This document shows, piece by piece, positions 1 to 10,204 of a DNA stretch of 32,000 bases; position 1 is the stretch's first letter; every line of letters starts with the position of its first letter. The stretch is from Erysipelotrichaceae bacterium MTC7 (lineage in GTDB: Bacteria > Bacillota_I > Bacilli_A > Erysipelotrichales > Erysipelotrichaceae), in contig LVZN01000001.1 of assembly GCA_001695645.1 (NCBI GenBank), positions 30,001 to 62,000 of the forward strand, given 5' to 3'. Under the pieces are notes generated by a model. That model made no database searches and was not told the DNA's origin. It saw only the letters and a list, made by a program, of their open reading frames with translations. The position numbers were made by a program, and so were the translations under genes.

Positions 1-1954
1 AATCATCTTCCAAACTTGTGATATGCACAAGTCCTTCAACTGTATTTTCAAGTTCAACAAAGAACCCGAAACGTGTGACAGATGAAATCACACCATGGAA
101 TTTCTTACCAATGAAGCGTTCCATGTATTCACATTTTTTCATGTCATCAACATCACGTTCTGCTTCAATTGCATTACGCTCCATCTTTGAAGTATGTTCA
201 CTTGCTTCATCTAAGAAGTTTTCATCTTTTTCAATCTCTTTGATATCCGTTGTTACTTGAAAGTAATACTTCTTCAACATTCGATGAACCAGTAAATCCG
301 GGTATCGACGAATTGGTGAGGTAAAGTGTGTATACTCTTTTAAACCTAAACCAAAGTGACCAAGATTGACCATATCATAACGTGCTTTTTGCATACTACG
401 TAACATGTAGGTACTCAACACATCATAGTTTTCATTTCCTTTGGCTTGCAACAGTAAATCTTGCAATTGCTTTGGGAAAATATTTTGCGGGTCTGCTTTT
501 AAAGGATACCCTAGTGCACTACTCAATAATGCAAACTCTCTGATTTTTTTAGGATCTGGGTTTTCATGCACACGATACATGCTTGGCATTTGCATATGTT
601 TGGTATGGGTTGCCACGCATTCATTTGCCGCTATCATGAAATCTTCAATCATGCGTTCTGCATCTCCACGTTCGCGCAAGACAATGTCTTTCACACGCCC
701 CTTGTTGTCGACTAAGATTTTACTTTCTCTTTTATCAAAATCGATTTCACCCAGTTTTGCTTTTCGTTTTTGCAATATTTTAGATAACTCTAAACCTAAA
801 GTTAACATCTCTTGAATGTCTTTATACTTGCGTGTCGTTTTCAGATCACCAGCTAAAATTTTATTCACATCGGTATAGGTCATTCGATGCTTACTGTTAA
901 TCACACTAGGTACAATACGATAATCGACCACTTGTCCCAAGAGGTTGATTTCCATGACACAACTCATCGTTAGACGGTCGACTTTTTCTTGTAAACTACA
1001 TACGCCATTACTAAGCAACTGTGGTAACATTGGGACCACGCGGTCAACAACATAGACACTCGTTGAACGTTTGTAGGCTTCTTTATCAATAATGGATCCA
1101 GCAGTAACATAATTAGAAACATCGGCAATATGTACTTGTAGTTCATAGTTGCGACCTTTCTTTTTAATGTGTACAGCATCATCTAAATCTTTAGCATCTT
1201 CTCCATCAATTGTTATAATCAGCTCCTCACGGAAATCTTCACGCCCTTTAAGGTGTTCTGTTTCCACATGTTCAGGAATTTGCTGGGCTGCATCCAATAC
1301 TTGCTTTGGAAAAACTGGTTCAATGTCATGCTCCAACAAAATTGATAGTATATCAACACCTGGATCGTACTTGTAGCCAAGAATTTGTAAGATTCGTATA
1401 TGCATGGTTTTGCCATACTTCTCAATGTACACTTGTACTTTGGTATCGTTGACCATCTTAAACGCATCTTTATTGATCAATTTGAACTTTTGATCTGGCA
1501 TGGGTGTATCTGGTAAAAACCACATACGTCCATCTTTTTTCTTGATGACTCCAATAATCGTGTGCTTATTGCGTTGAATGACTTTAACAATTTCACATTC
1601 CACGCGTCCGTCATTATCTTCATGGAGTTTGGCAAGTACCTCATCTCCATCCATAATGTTCTTTATTTCATACCGATTGGCATAAACACTCGTTTCATCA
1701 TTTTCCACAAACCCAAATCCTTTTGGATTTTTACGTAAGATACCTGTGAAATATCCCAACTTTTCCAAAGGAAAATAACGGTCTTTTTCATCGGTGATGA
1801 TGATGTACTCATTTTCAAGTGAGTTTAATGCTTTCATCAAAGCGGTAAAGTCTTCGCTACTTTCTACATGGAAAGCACGTTTGAAGTCCTCTACATTCAT
1901 TCCTTTATACTTGTGACTTTGCACCGTATCTAGAATCATATTCATATATTCCAT
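1..1954 (-). CDS. rnr: Ribonuclease R (3'-5' exoribonuclease), N-terminal ~650 aa; the C-terminus runs off the left edge of the window
   Basis: The minus-strand frame is open from ATG at 1952-1954 (SD GGAGGA about 7 nt upstream) to the window edge. It is missing from the ORF track because no stop codon lies in the window. My translation gives MEYMNMILDTVQSHKYKG... The RNB motifs are present (DGEDAKDLDDAVH, RSTSVY, HFGLG..YTHFTSPIRRYPDL), followed by the start of an S1 domain (FHGVISSVTRFGFFVEL). Confidence 0.9.
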   Translation of the reverse strand, partial: MEYMNMILDTVQSHKYKGMNVEDFKRAFHVESSEDFTALMKALNSLENEYIIITDEKDRYFPLEKLGYFTGILRKNPKGFGFVENDETSVYANRYEIKNIMDGDEVLAKLHEDNDGRVECEIVKVIQRNKHTIIGVIKKKDGRMWFLPDTPMPDQKFKLINKDAFKMVNDTKVQVYIEKYGKTMHIRILQILGYKYDPGVDILSILLEHDIEPVFPKQVLDAAQQIPEHVETEHLKGREDFREELIITIDGEDAKDLDDAVHIKKKGRNYELQVHIADVSNYVTAGSIIDKEAYKRSTSVYVVDRVVPMLPQLLSNGVCSLQEKVDRLTMSCVMEINLLGQVVDYRIVPSVINSKHRMTYTDVNKILAGDLKTTRKYKDIQEMLTLGLELSKILQKRKAKLGEIDFDKRESKILVDNKGRVKDIVLRERGDAERMIEDFMIAANECVATHTKHMQMPSMYRVHENPDPKKIREFALLSSALGYPLKADPQNIFPKQLQDLLLQAKGNENYDVLSTYMLRSMQKARYDMVNLGHFGLGLKEYTHFTSPIRRYPDLLVHRMLKKYYFQVTTDIKEIEKDENFLDEASEHTSKMERNAIEAERDVDDMKKCEYMERFIGKKFHGVISSVTRFGFFVELENTVEGLVHITSLEDD

Positions 1955-1974
1955 ATATTTTCCTCCTTCCTATG

Positions 1975-2001
1975 AAACAAAAAAAAGACCAATAGGCCTT
2001 T
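1975..2001 (-). terminator. Rho-independent terminator downstream of secG
   Basis: On the minus strand the hairpin is AAAGGCC-TATT-GGTCTTT (one G-U pair) followed by a T8 run. It begins 3 nt after the secG stop codon. Confidence 0.5.
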
Positions 2002-2004
2002 ATT

Positions 2005-2223
2005 CTATCTTCTAATTAAAATGACTAATACAAAGAAAATAATACCCATTACAAGCGTAATTCTAGCTATTACCTTCTCAGGTCCGCGTTCTTTAGCATT
2101 TGCAAATAGGTTCAATCCATCGCCACCTGTAAAAGCACCGCTAATTCCATCAGACTTTCCACTTTGTAATAACGAAAGGACGATAATAGCTCCAGAAACT
2201 ATCATTAATAATACATCTAACAT
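2005..2223 (-). CDS. secG: Preprotein translocase subunit SecG
   Basis: 72 aa with two TM segments flanking the Gly-rich loop SGKSDGISGAFTGGDG that is typical of SecG. The SD AAAGGAGGA lies upstream. Confidence 0.85.
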   Translation of the reverse strand: MLDVLLMIVSGAIIVLSLLQSGKSDGISGAFTGGDGLNLFANAKERGPEKVIARITLVMGIIFFVLVILIRR

Positions 2224-2253
2224 TTAATTCATCCTCCTTTCATATGCTATACA

Positions 2254-2282
2254 ATTCTAGCATATTCTGCAACTCATTTCAA
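2254..2282 (-). promoter_or_regulatory. Candidate sigma-A promoter for secG
   Basis: Minus strand: TTGAAA (2277-2282), 17 nt spacer, extended -10 TGcTAGAAT (2254-2262). An 8-bp inverted repeat ATATGCTA/TAGCATAT overlaps the -10. Confidence 0.5.
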
Positions 2283-2295
2283 TAGTCAACTTATT

Positions 2296-2565
2296 TTAGC
2301 GTTCTTTCTCGCTTTGTGCCAGTAGATACAAGCGACTAATTAGAAAACAAAGGAAGCAAATGACCCCAACATCAAGTAGCAATACAATCCACGTATACAC
2401 ATCCATATGCCAAGCACGTTTCAACAGCACCTGGATATAATTACCAAGGGTATGCGTGTTCACTCGATGGGATGCATGCAGGATAAAATAACCTGCATTG
2501 ATGTACATCGTAATATAACAAAGACTTAGTCCAAAAACATACAGATAACTTTTTCTTAGTTTCAT
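2296..2565 (-). CDS. Hypothetical small membrane protein (89 aa, two predicted TM helices)
   Basis: The internal ATG at 2565 is preceded by GAGGTAAGGGTG. The longer 142-aa ORF would run through the eno terminator and the eno 3' end. The protein is hydrophobic (YVFGLSLCYITMYINAGYFIL; IVLLLDVGVICFLCFLI). I recognise no family. Confidence 0.4.
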   Translation of the reverse strand: MKLRKSYLYVFGLSLCYITMYINAGYFILHASHRVNTHTLGNYIQVLLKRAWHMDVYTWIVLLLDVGVICFLCFLISRLYLLAQSEKER

Positions 2566-2607
2566 CACCCTTACCTCACCTACATTCAGTGTAGCATACG
2601 GTGAAAT

Positions 2608-2647
2608 GAAACCAAAACGAAAGAAACGACCACTTTCGTGGTCGTTT
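2608..2647 (-). terminator. Rho-independent terminator of eno
   Basis: Perfect 10-bp stem AAACGACCAC / GTGGTCGTTT (2624-2647) with a 4-nt loop. On the minus strand it is followed by CTTTCGTTTTGGTTTC. It starts 16 nt after the eno stop. Confidence 0.75.
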
Positions 2648-2662
2648 AATTGATGAACTAAA

Positions 2663-4039
<1,377 letters not shown>

Positions 4040-4140
4040 GGCAAATGAAGGCATTTTACTGATAAAAGTTATTTTTTTCACAAAATCAAAACAATTCTTA
4101 TCATTCATGTCAAAAACATGCATGTTTATGCGCTTTTTGT

Positions 4141-4165
4141 AAAGAAAAAGCAAGACGAATCTTGC
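4141..4165 (-). terminator. Rho-independent terminator after the pepF-like gene
   Basis: GCAAGA-cgaa-TCTTGC hairpin directly abutting the stop codon, followed on the minus strand by TTTTTCTTT. Confidence 0.6.
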
Positions 4166-5860
4166 TTATAATTTTGTGTCATCAATTGTGTCAAAGTACT
4201 GTGAAACTTTATCCATGACATCGGCTAAACAACCCTCTGCAAATGGATCTTTTACATTGGCTTTTGCAACAATTTGTCTAAATGGAAGCGTTCCTCCAAG
4301 TTTACAAATTTCATAGTAATCCGCAAATGCTGTTGGATCGTTATTTTGCAAACGCAACCAGAATTGCAACGCAACCACTTGTGCTAAAGTGTAATCAATG
4401 TAATAGAATGGACTTGAGAAGATATGTGATTGTCTAAACCACCACGTTCCTTTTTCCAAGAATGGTACATCGCTGTAATCTTTATGTGGTAAGTATTGTT
4501 TTTCTAATTTACGCCAAGTTGCTTTTCTTTCTGCTGGACTCATGTCTGGATTGGCATACACTTCATGTTGGAAGTGGTCCACGGTAACACCATAAGGTAA
4601 GAATTTAATCGCACTACCTAAATGTGTGTAATAGTATTTTTTCGTATCATCCTCGAAGAATTTTGGCATCCATGGCCAAGCGAAAAACTCCATACTCATC
4701 GAGTGAATTTCTGCACTTTCATAGGTTGGCCAAATGCAATCACTTGGTTTGATATTTCTAGATGAATACACTTGGAAAGCATGACCTGCTTCATGGGTTA
4801 AAACATCCACATCTCCAGATGTACCATTGAAGTTACTAAAGATAAATGGACTTGCATAATCTGAGATAAACGTACAATATCCACCACCGCGTTTACCTGG
4901 TTTTGCGACAAGATCTAACAATTCGTTGCTTACCATGTAATCAAAGAATTCACCAGTTGGTGCACTTAATTCATGATACATCTCTTGTGCAATTTTCACC
5001 ATTGCATCCTTATCGTGTTTTGGTGTTGGATTTCCCGTTGTAAATTCATATCCATTGTTGTACACAGCTAGACTATCGACACCCAAACGTTTCATTTGTG
5101 CATCGTAAAGACGTGTAGCAACTGGCACGACATCACTTAAAATTTGTTTACGATATGTACTTACATCATCTGCATTGTAATCAAAACGATTCATACGCAC
5201 ATACCCAAGTTCTATGAAATTATTGAATCCTAGTTCTTTTGCAATCTTTGTACGGATTTTAACCAATCGATCGTAGATGTCGTCAATGTCACTTTCATGT
5301 GCTTCCATGTATCCCCAGTACGCTTTATGTGCACCTTCACGTACACGTACATCTGGATCGTCCATTTTTCCACCCAAACTAGCAAGCGTGTACGTTTCTC
5401 CATCAAACTCAATTTGTGCTTTCGCAATAAGTTTTTCATATTCACTTACCAAACGGTTTTCTTCTTGTAAGTCACCCACGATTTTTTCATCGTATGATTT
5501 TAACGCATTTTCAGCTTTCCAAAAGTATGTCATTGGTACTTCTTTTTCTAACTCTGGACGGAACTTGCTATCAAGTACAATCTTACTAATCTTAGAACTA
5601 ATACCCATTAAGATTGGAATATGTTCATCCCAGAATGTGTTTTCTGCATCATAGAACGTATCCCTTGTATCTATGGTGTGTCGCACCGCTGCCAGTTCAT
5701 ACATACTTTCTGCATGTGATAACACCGTATCGGCTTGATCGAATGCAGTTTTAAATGCAACATATGAATCTGCATGTTCCATTTCTTCGACAAGTTTGTC
5801 AACTTCACTTTTTAACGTATCAAAATTTGTACGCTCATATTTGTAATCCTTAAATTTCAT
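4166..5860 (-). CDS. pepF: M3B family oligoendopeptidase (PepF-like)
   Basis: The zinc motif HEAGHAF lies in ...DVLTHEAGHAFQVY..., with a downstream E (ESAEIHSMSMEF). Length and N-terminus (MKFKDYKYERTNF) fit the M3B family. I chose ATG at 5860 because the GTG at 5869 lies inside the SD AAGAGGTG. Confidence 0.9.
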   Translation of the reverse strand: MKFKDYKYERTNFDTLKSEVDKLVEEMEHADSYVAFKTAFDQADTVLSHAESMYELAAVRHTIDTRDTFYDAENTFWDEHIPILMGISSKISKIVLDSKFRPELEKEVPMTYFWKAENALKSYDEKIVGDLQEENRLVSEYEKLIAKAQIEFDGETYTLASLGGKMDDPDVRVREGAHKAYWGYMEAHESDIDDIYDRLVKIRTKIAKELGFNNFIELGYVRMNRFDYNADDVSTYRKQILSDVVPVATRLYDAQMKRLGVDSLAVYNNGYEFTTGNPTPKHDKDAMVKIAQEMYHELSAPTGEFFDYMVSNELLDLVAKPGKRGGGYCTFISDYASPFIFSNFNGTSGDVDVLTHEAGHAFQVYSSRNIKPSDCIWPTYESAEIHSMSMEFFAWPWMPKFFEDDTKKYYYTHLGSAIKFLPYGVTVDHFQHEVYANPDMSPAERKATWRKLEKQYLPHKDYSDVPFLEKGTWWFRQSHIFSSPFYYIDYTLAQVVALQFWLRLQNNDPTAFADYYEICKLGGTLPFRQIVAKANVKDPFAEGCLADVMDKVSQYFDTIDDTKL

Positions 5861-5930
5861 ACATTTCACCTCTTTTTTCCTTTCTGTACCATTATACGCA
5901 TTTTTACTTCACATTTGTAGTCATTGGACT

Positions 5931-5960
5931 TAAATAAAAAGAGACCACAGGGGGTCTCTT
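5931..5960 (-). terminator. Rho-independent terminator ending the opp operon
   Basis: Minus strand: AAGAGACC-CCCTGT-GGTCTCTT followed by TTTATTTA. It overlaps the stop codon of the small ORF at 5959. Confidence 0.7.
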
Positions 5961-6147
5961 AACTAAATATCCATAAAAAGAGTTTGATAATGATAAAGAA
6001 GAATAACAAGACACCTAACACAACAGGAATGATTACACTCGCCGCTGCGATTAAAAGTGCGAAAAAGTCACCCTTTTCAAGATTGGCTTTTTTACCTTCT
6101 TGCAGTTCTTTCTTCTTTAAGACATCTCTAATCTTTGGTTTTGACAT
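5959..6147 (-). CDS. Small single-pass membrane protein (62 aa) overlapping the 3' end of oppF
   Basis: The ATG at 6147 lies 5 nt downstream of the SD AGGTGA, which is embedded in the oppF codons for AGEFD. It overlaps oppF by 20 nt. The N-terminus is Lys-rich (MSKPKIRDVLKKKELQEGKKANLEKGD) and is followed by one long TM (FFALLIAAASVIIPVVLGVLLFFFIIIKLFLWIF). It ends in the operon terminator. Confidence 0.55.
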   Translation of the reverse strand: MSKPKIRDVLKKKELQEGKKANLEKGDFFALLIAAASVIIPVVLGVLLFFFIIIKLFLWIFS

Positions 6148-7156
6148 CAAATTCACCTGCGAAATGACATTTTACAAAGTGATCTGGAGCAACTTCTCTT
6201 TCCGCTGGATCTTCATGCTTACAAATGTCTTTTGCGAACGGACAACGTGGGTGGAATTTACATCCACTTGGTAAGTTTACGTTACTCGGAATTTCTCCTT
6301 TAATCATAGACATTTCTAAGTGTTCATTTGGATCTGGTTTTGGAATTGCCGCCATCAATGACATCGTATATGGGTGTTGTGGATTGTTGAAGATTTGATC
6401 TTTATCCGCAATTTCCACAATACTTCCAAGGTACATAACTCCAACACGGTCACTGATGTGTTTTACAACACTCAAGTCATGTGAAATGAAGATGTATGAG
6501 ATTTTCTTTTCATCTTGCAAGTCCATCATTAAGTTCAAGATTTGCGATTGAATGGAAACGTCAAGTGCACTTACAGGCTCATCACAAATAATGAACGTAG
6601 GATCAAGTGCTAATGAACGAGCAATCCCAATACGTTGACGTTGCCCACCAGAGAATTGGTGAGGGTAACGGTAACAGTAGTAAGGTGGAAGTCCACATTT
6701 TTCCATCAATTGTAGTACGTGTTGTTTTAAATCTTCTCCACGTTTGAAGTATCCATGCGCCACTAATGGCTCACTAAGAATGTTGTAAATGTTCATTCTT
6801 GGGTTCAAAGAAGAGTATGGATCTTGGAAAATGAATTGCATATCCTCACGAAGTTTACGCATTTCTTTTCTTGACTTGCTAAGTACGTTTTCACCTTTGA
6901 AAACAACCGAACCACTTGTTGGTTCATGCAAACGAATGATGGCACGACCCAATGTCGATTTCCCACATCCAGATTCTCCAACAAGACCTAAGGTTTCCCC
7001 TTCATATAGTTTAAAGCTAACACCATCAACCGCTTTAACAAATTGTTTGTTGAAGCGTCCTTTTCCAACAGGGAAATGTTTTGTCAGGTCTTTTACTTCC
7101 AAAATGACTTTCTTGCCATTTGGTCCGACTTGAACATCTTTTACTTGTTCACTCAT
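6128..7156 (-). CDS. oppF: Oligopeptide ABC transporter ATP-binding protein OppF
   Basis: Walker A GESGCGKST, signature FSGGQRQR, Walker B FIICDEPVSALD, and a C-terminal Cys-containing oligopeptide-type extension (GCKFHPRCPFAKDICK...KCHF). Its ATG overlaps the oppD stop (TAATG). Confidence 0.9.
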   Translation of the reverse strand: MSEQVKDVQVGPNGKKVILEVKDLTKHFPVGKGRFNKQFVKAVDGVSFKLYEGETLGLVGESGCGKSTLGRAIIRLHEPTSGSVVFKGENVLSKSRKEMRKLREDMQFIFQDPYSSLNPRMNIYNILSEPLVAHGYFKRGEDLKQHVLQLMEKCGLPPYYCYRYPHQFSGGQRQRIGIARSLALDPTFIICDEPVSALDVSIQSQILNLMMDLQDEKKISYIFISHDLSVVKHISDRVGVMYLGSIVEIADKDQIFNNPQHPYTMSLMAAIPKPDPNEHLEMSMIKGEIPSNVNLPSGCKFHPRCPFAKDICKHEDPAEREVAPDHFVKCHFAGEFDVKTKD

Positions 7157-8172
7157 TATTTCCCCTCCTTCTTATTTAAATCCACATCTTCATATAAGAA
7201 ACAACTTACATGGTGACGTGATTTGATTTTACATGTAGGTGGTTGTGCTTCACGACATTTGTCCATACAGTTTGGACAACGGTCTGCAAAGTAACATCCT
7301 TTAGGTAAATATAAAGAGTTTGGTACGGAACCTTCAATTGTCGCTAAACGACCACCTTCGGTGTTCAATGAAGGCATACTTGCCATCAACCCTTTTGTAT
7401 ACGGGTGTTTTGGGTTGGCAAACAATTCTTTTACAGGAGCTGTTTCCACCACTTTTCCAGCGTACATAACGTTAACGTTATCCGCCATTTGCGCCACAAC
7501 CCCAAGGTCATGGGTAATTAACATAATTGAGGTTCCCAATTTCTTTTTCAAATCGTTCATTAACGATAAGATTTGCGCTTGGATGGTAACATCCAATGCT
7601 GTTGTTGGTTCATCAGCAATCAATAATTTAGGGTTACAAGCCAAAGCCATCGCAATCATAACACGTTGACGCATCCCCCCAGAAAGTTGGTGTGGATAGT
7701 CATTTACAACTTTTTCCGGACGCGAAATACCAACTAAAGTTAACATTTCAACCGCACGGGCTTTCGCTTCTTCTTTTGTTACATTTTCATGTAGCAAAAC
7801 TGCTTCTGTAATTTGGTCTCCAATTTTGAAAACCGGGTTTAATGAAGTCATCGGTTCTTGGAAAATCATTGAGATATCATTTCCACGAATGGAGCGAATT
7901 TCTTCATCCGTCATATCAACCATGTTTTTTCCATCGTATTCCACGACACTTCCATCGACAATTTTACCTGGTTCATCAACCAAACCAAGAATTGACATTG
8001 CCGTAACACTTTTTCCACATCCAGATTCACCAACAATTGCTAGTGTTTCGTTTTCATACATACGGAAGTTGTTTCCATCAACTGCCTTTGAAACTCCTTT
8101 TTCTGTGTAGAAATATACTTTTAGATCTCTAACATCTAATAATTTCTTGTTTCTAACTAATTCAGCCATCAT
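7156..8172 (-). CDS. oppD: Oligopeptide ABC transporter ATP-binding protein OppD
   Basis: Walker A GESGCGKSV, signature LSGGMRQR, Walker B LLIADEPTTALD, and a C-terminal Cys-rich tail (GCYFADRCPNCMDKC...). There are two adjacent ATGs (8172 and 8169), so the start is uncertain by 3 nt. Confidence 0.9.
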   Translation of the reverse strand: MMAELVRNKKLLDVRDLKVYFYTEKGVSKAVDGNNFRMYENETLAIVGESGCGKSVTAMSILGLVDEPGKIVDGSVVEYDGKNMVDMTDEEIRSIRGNDISMIFQEPMTSLNPVFKIGDQITEAVLLHENVTKEEAKARAVEMLTLVGISRPEKVVNDYPHQLSGGMRQRVMIAMALACNPKLLIADEPTTALDVTIQAQILSLMNDLKKKLGTSIMLITHDLGVVAQMADNVNVMYAGKVVETAPVKELFANPKHPYTKGLMASMPSLNTEGGRLATIEGSVPNSLYLPKGCYFADRCPNCMDKCREAQPPTCKIKSRHHVSCFLYEDVDLNKKEGK

Positions 8173-8178
8173 ACACCT

Positions 8179-9099
8179 CTATCGTACATCTTTCGGGTCA
8201 AGTGCGTCACGTAGCCCTTCACCAACTAGGTTAATGGAAATAACCGTTAAGAAACACATAACACCTGCAGGCATCCATGTCCAAGGCATGTGTTGGAAAC
8301 GTGAGATATCACGTGCAAGTTGCATTAAGTTTCCCCATGTTGGAGTTGGTTCTGTAACCCCCATCCCTAAGAATGAAAGTCCAGCTTCCGTTAAAATTGC
8401 ACTCGCCATTGATAATGTAGCGTTTACAATAACAATGGATAATACGTTTGGAATTAAGTGCTTAAAGATTTTTGAATAATCACTTAGCCCCAAAGATTCA
8501 CAGGCTTGCATAAATTCTTGTTCACGTAGTGATAGAATTTGTTCACGCACCAAACGCGCAAGCGTTGGCCATGAAAGCAACCCAATCAATAGTGAAACAA
8601 CAATCATTTTTGTATTTCCTTCTACCCATAACATTGCAGCTCCAAGCGCAATAATCATTGGTGTAAATGGTAATGAATAGATAATTTCTGTAAAACGCAT
8701 CAATAAGTTGTCAATTAGACCACCGTAGTATCCTGCAGCTCCACCGATAATTACACCTAACATAACGGTGATAATCGCTGAAACAACCCCTACTAAAATC
8801 GAAATACGTCCACCCAACAACAAACGGAAAAGAACGTCACGTCCTTGTTCGTCAGTTCCTAAGAGATGTGCTGCACTTGGTCCTTGACCTTTTGCCGCAA
8901 AGTCGAAATCGTTAACGCTTTGTCCCATGATAATTGGTCCAAAGATTACAGCTAATACAATAATTCCAAACAAGATAAGTCCTGCCATCGCAATTTTGTT
9001 TTTCTTAAATTTATTCCACGCAATTCGCCACGGTCCAAGGACTTCTTGATCTTCTTCTTTTACAACCACATTTGGTTCAATTACTTGATCTTTACTCAT
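8179..9099 (-). CDS. oppC: Oligopeptide ABC transporter permease OppC
   Basis: Start MSKDQVIEPN at ATG 9099, after the SD AAAGGAGGA. It has multiple TM segments and a binding-protein-dependent EAA-type loop (QEFMQACESLGLSDYSKIFKHLIPN). The 5' extension in the ORF track overlaps oppB. Confidence 0.9.
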   Translation of the reverse strand: MSKDQVIEPNVVVKEEDQEVLGPWRIAWNKFKKNKIAMAGLILFGIIVLAVIFGPIIMGQSVNDFDFAAKGQGPSAAHLLGTDEQGRDVLFRLLLGGRISILVGVVSAIITVMLGVIIGGAAGYYGGLIDNLLMRFTEIIYSLPFTPMIIALGAAMLWVEGNTKMIVVSLLIGLLSWPTLARLVREQILSLREQEFMQACESLGLSDYSKIFKHLIPNVLSIVIVNATLSMASAILTEAGLSFLGMGVTEPTPTWGNLMQLARDISRFQHMPWTWMPAGVMCFLTVISINLVGEGLRDALDPKDVR

Positions 9100-9109
9100 A
9101 TGTCCTCCT

Positions 9110-10090
9110 TTACTCCGATTTGATTCGTGGGTCGACCACTGAATATAATACATCTGATAGCAAGTTACCTAGTAACATTAACACAGCTGAGAATAGCAAT
9201 ACTGCTGTTGTTACACTTAAGTCACGTGAGTTAATTGCTTCAATCAAAATCCAACCTAGTCCTGGCCATAAGAAGACCGTTTCAAGAATCATCGCACCAC
9301 TAAATAATGAAGGGATATAGGCTCCTAACAATGTAACAAGTGGAATCAAAGCATTCTTAAAGGCATGACGATAAATCACGACTTTTTCTTTCAAACCTTT
9401 CGCACGTGCTGTACGAATGTAATCTTGGTTAATAACATCAATCATCGCGTTACGTACGTATCTTGATAATGATGAGAAACTACCGAACGCCAATACGATG
9501 ACTGGTATGATCATGTGGCTAGCGACATCGGCAATGTTGGCAAAGATATTTGGATATCCAAAGGCCGCTTGAATCGGGTCGCGCATTCCGTTCATTGGCA
9601 ATAATCCAAGTTGCAACGATAAGAAGAATACGAGAACTAACCCAAAGAAAAAGGTTGGTACTGATATTCCAAATAAAGAGAATACGGTCCAAAAATTATC
9701 AAATTTTGAGTATTTCTTTGTTGCTTGTTTAATTCCAATTGGAATAGAAACGATAACAGCAACGATCAATGAAATTAAGTTCAATAAGAACGTATTCCAA
9801 ATGTAGTCACCAATAAGTGCCGTTACCGGTTTTTTATATTTGATTGATTCTCCTAAGTCACCTTGAACAAGTCTTCCAGCCCAGCGAATGTATTGTTCGG
9901 GCATACTACCATTTAACCCTAACTGCTCGCGGATTACTTCTTTCTGTTCAGGCGTAACTTTAGAACCCATTCCTAAATATGCATTAACTGGATCTCCAGG
10001 CATACTTCGGACGGTTGCAAAAATCAATATTGAAATGATGAAAATAACTGGTATCAAATTCAACAATCTTTTCAATATGTACTTTAACAT
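9110..10090 (-). CDS. oppB: Oligopeptide ABC transporter permease OppB
   Basis: MLKYILKRLLNLIPVIFIISILIF... is the canonical OppB/DppB N-terminus. The EAA loop is YIRTARAKGLKEKVVIYRHAFKNALIP. The SD AAAGGAGG lies upstream. Confidence 0.9.
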   Translation of the reverse strand: MLKYILKRLLNLIPVIFIISILIFATVRSMPGDPVNAYLGMGSKVTPEQKEVIREQLGLNGSMPEQYIRWAGRLVQGDLGESIKYKKPVTALIGDYIWNTFLLNLISLIVAVIVSIPIGIKQATKKYSKFDNFWTVFSLFGISVPTFFFGLVLVFFLSLQLGLLPMNGMRDPIQAAFGYPNIFANIADVASHMIIPVIVLAFGSFSSLSRYVRNAMIDVINQDYIRTARAKGLKEKVVIYRHAFKNALIPLVTLLGAYIPSLFSGAMILETVFLWPGLGWILIEAINSRDLSVTTAVLLFSAVLMLLGNLLSDVLYSVVDPRIKSE

Positions 10091-10140
10091 AATAACCTCC
10101 TTTATGTTTTTAGATTAAATATACGCATTCTTTATTATAA

Positions 10141-10181
10141 CAAAAACAGGAAAATAGGGAAAGATATTCTTTCCCTATTTT
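10141..10181 (-). terminator. Intra-operon stem-loop / partial terminator between oppA and oppB
   Basis: Perfect 14-bp stem AAAATAGGGAAAGA / TCTTTCCCTATTTT (10151-10181) with a 3-nt loop. On the minus strand it is followed by CCTGTTTTTG. Confidence 0.55.
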
Positions 10182-10204
10182 AACGTTTGCTTAGTTTGTA
10201 ATCC

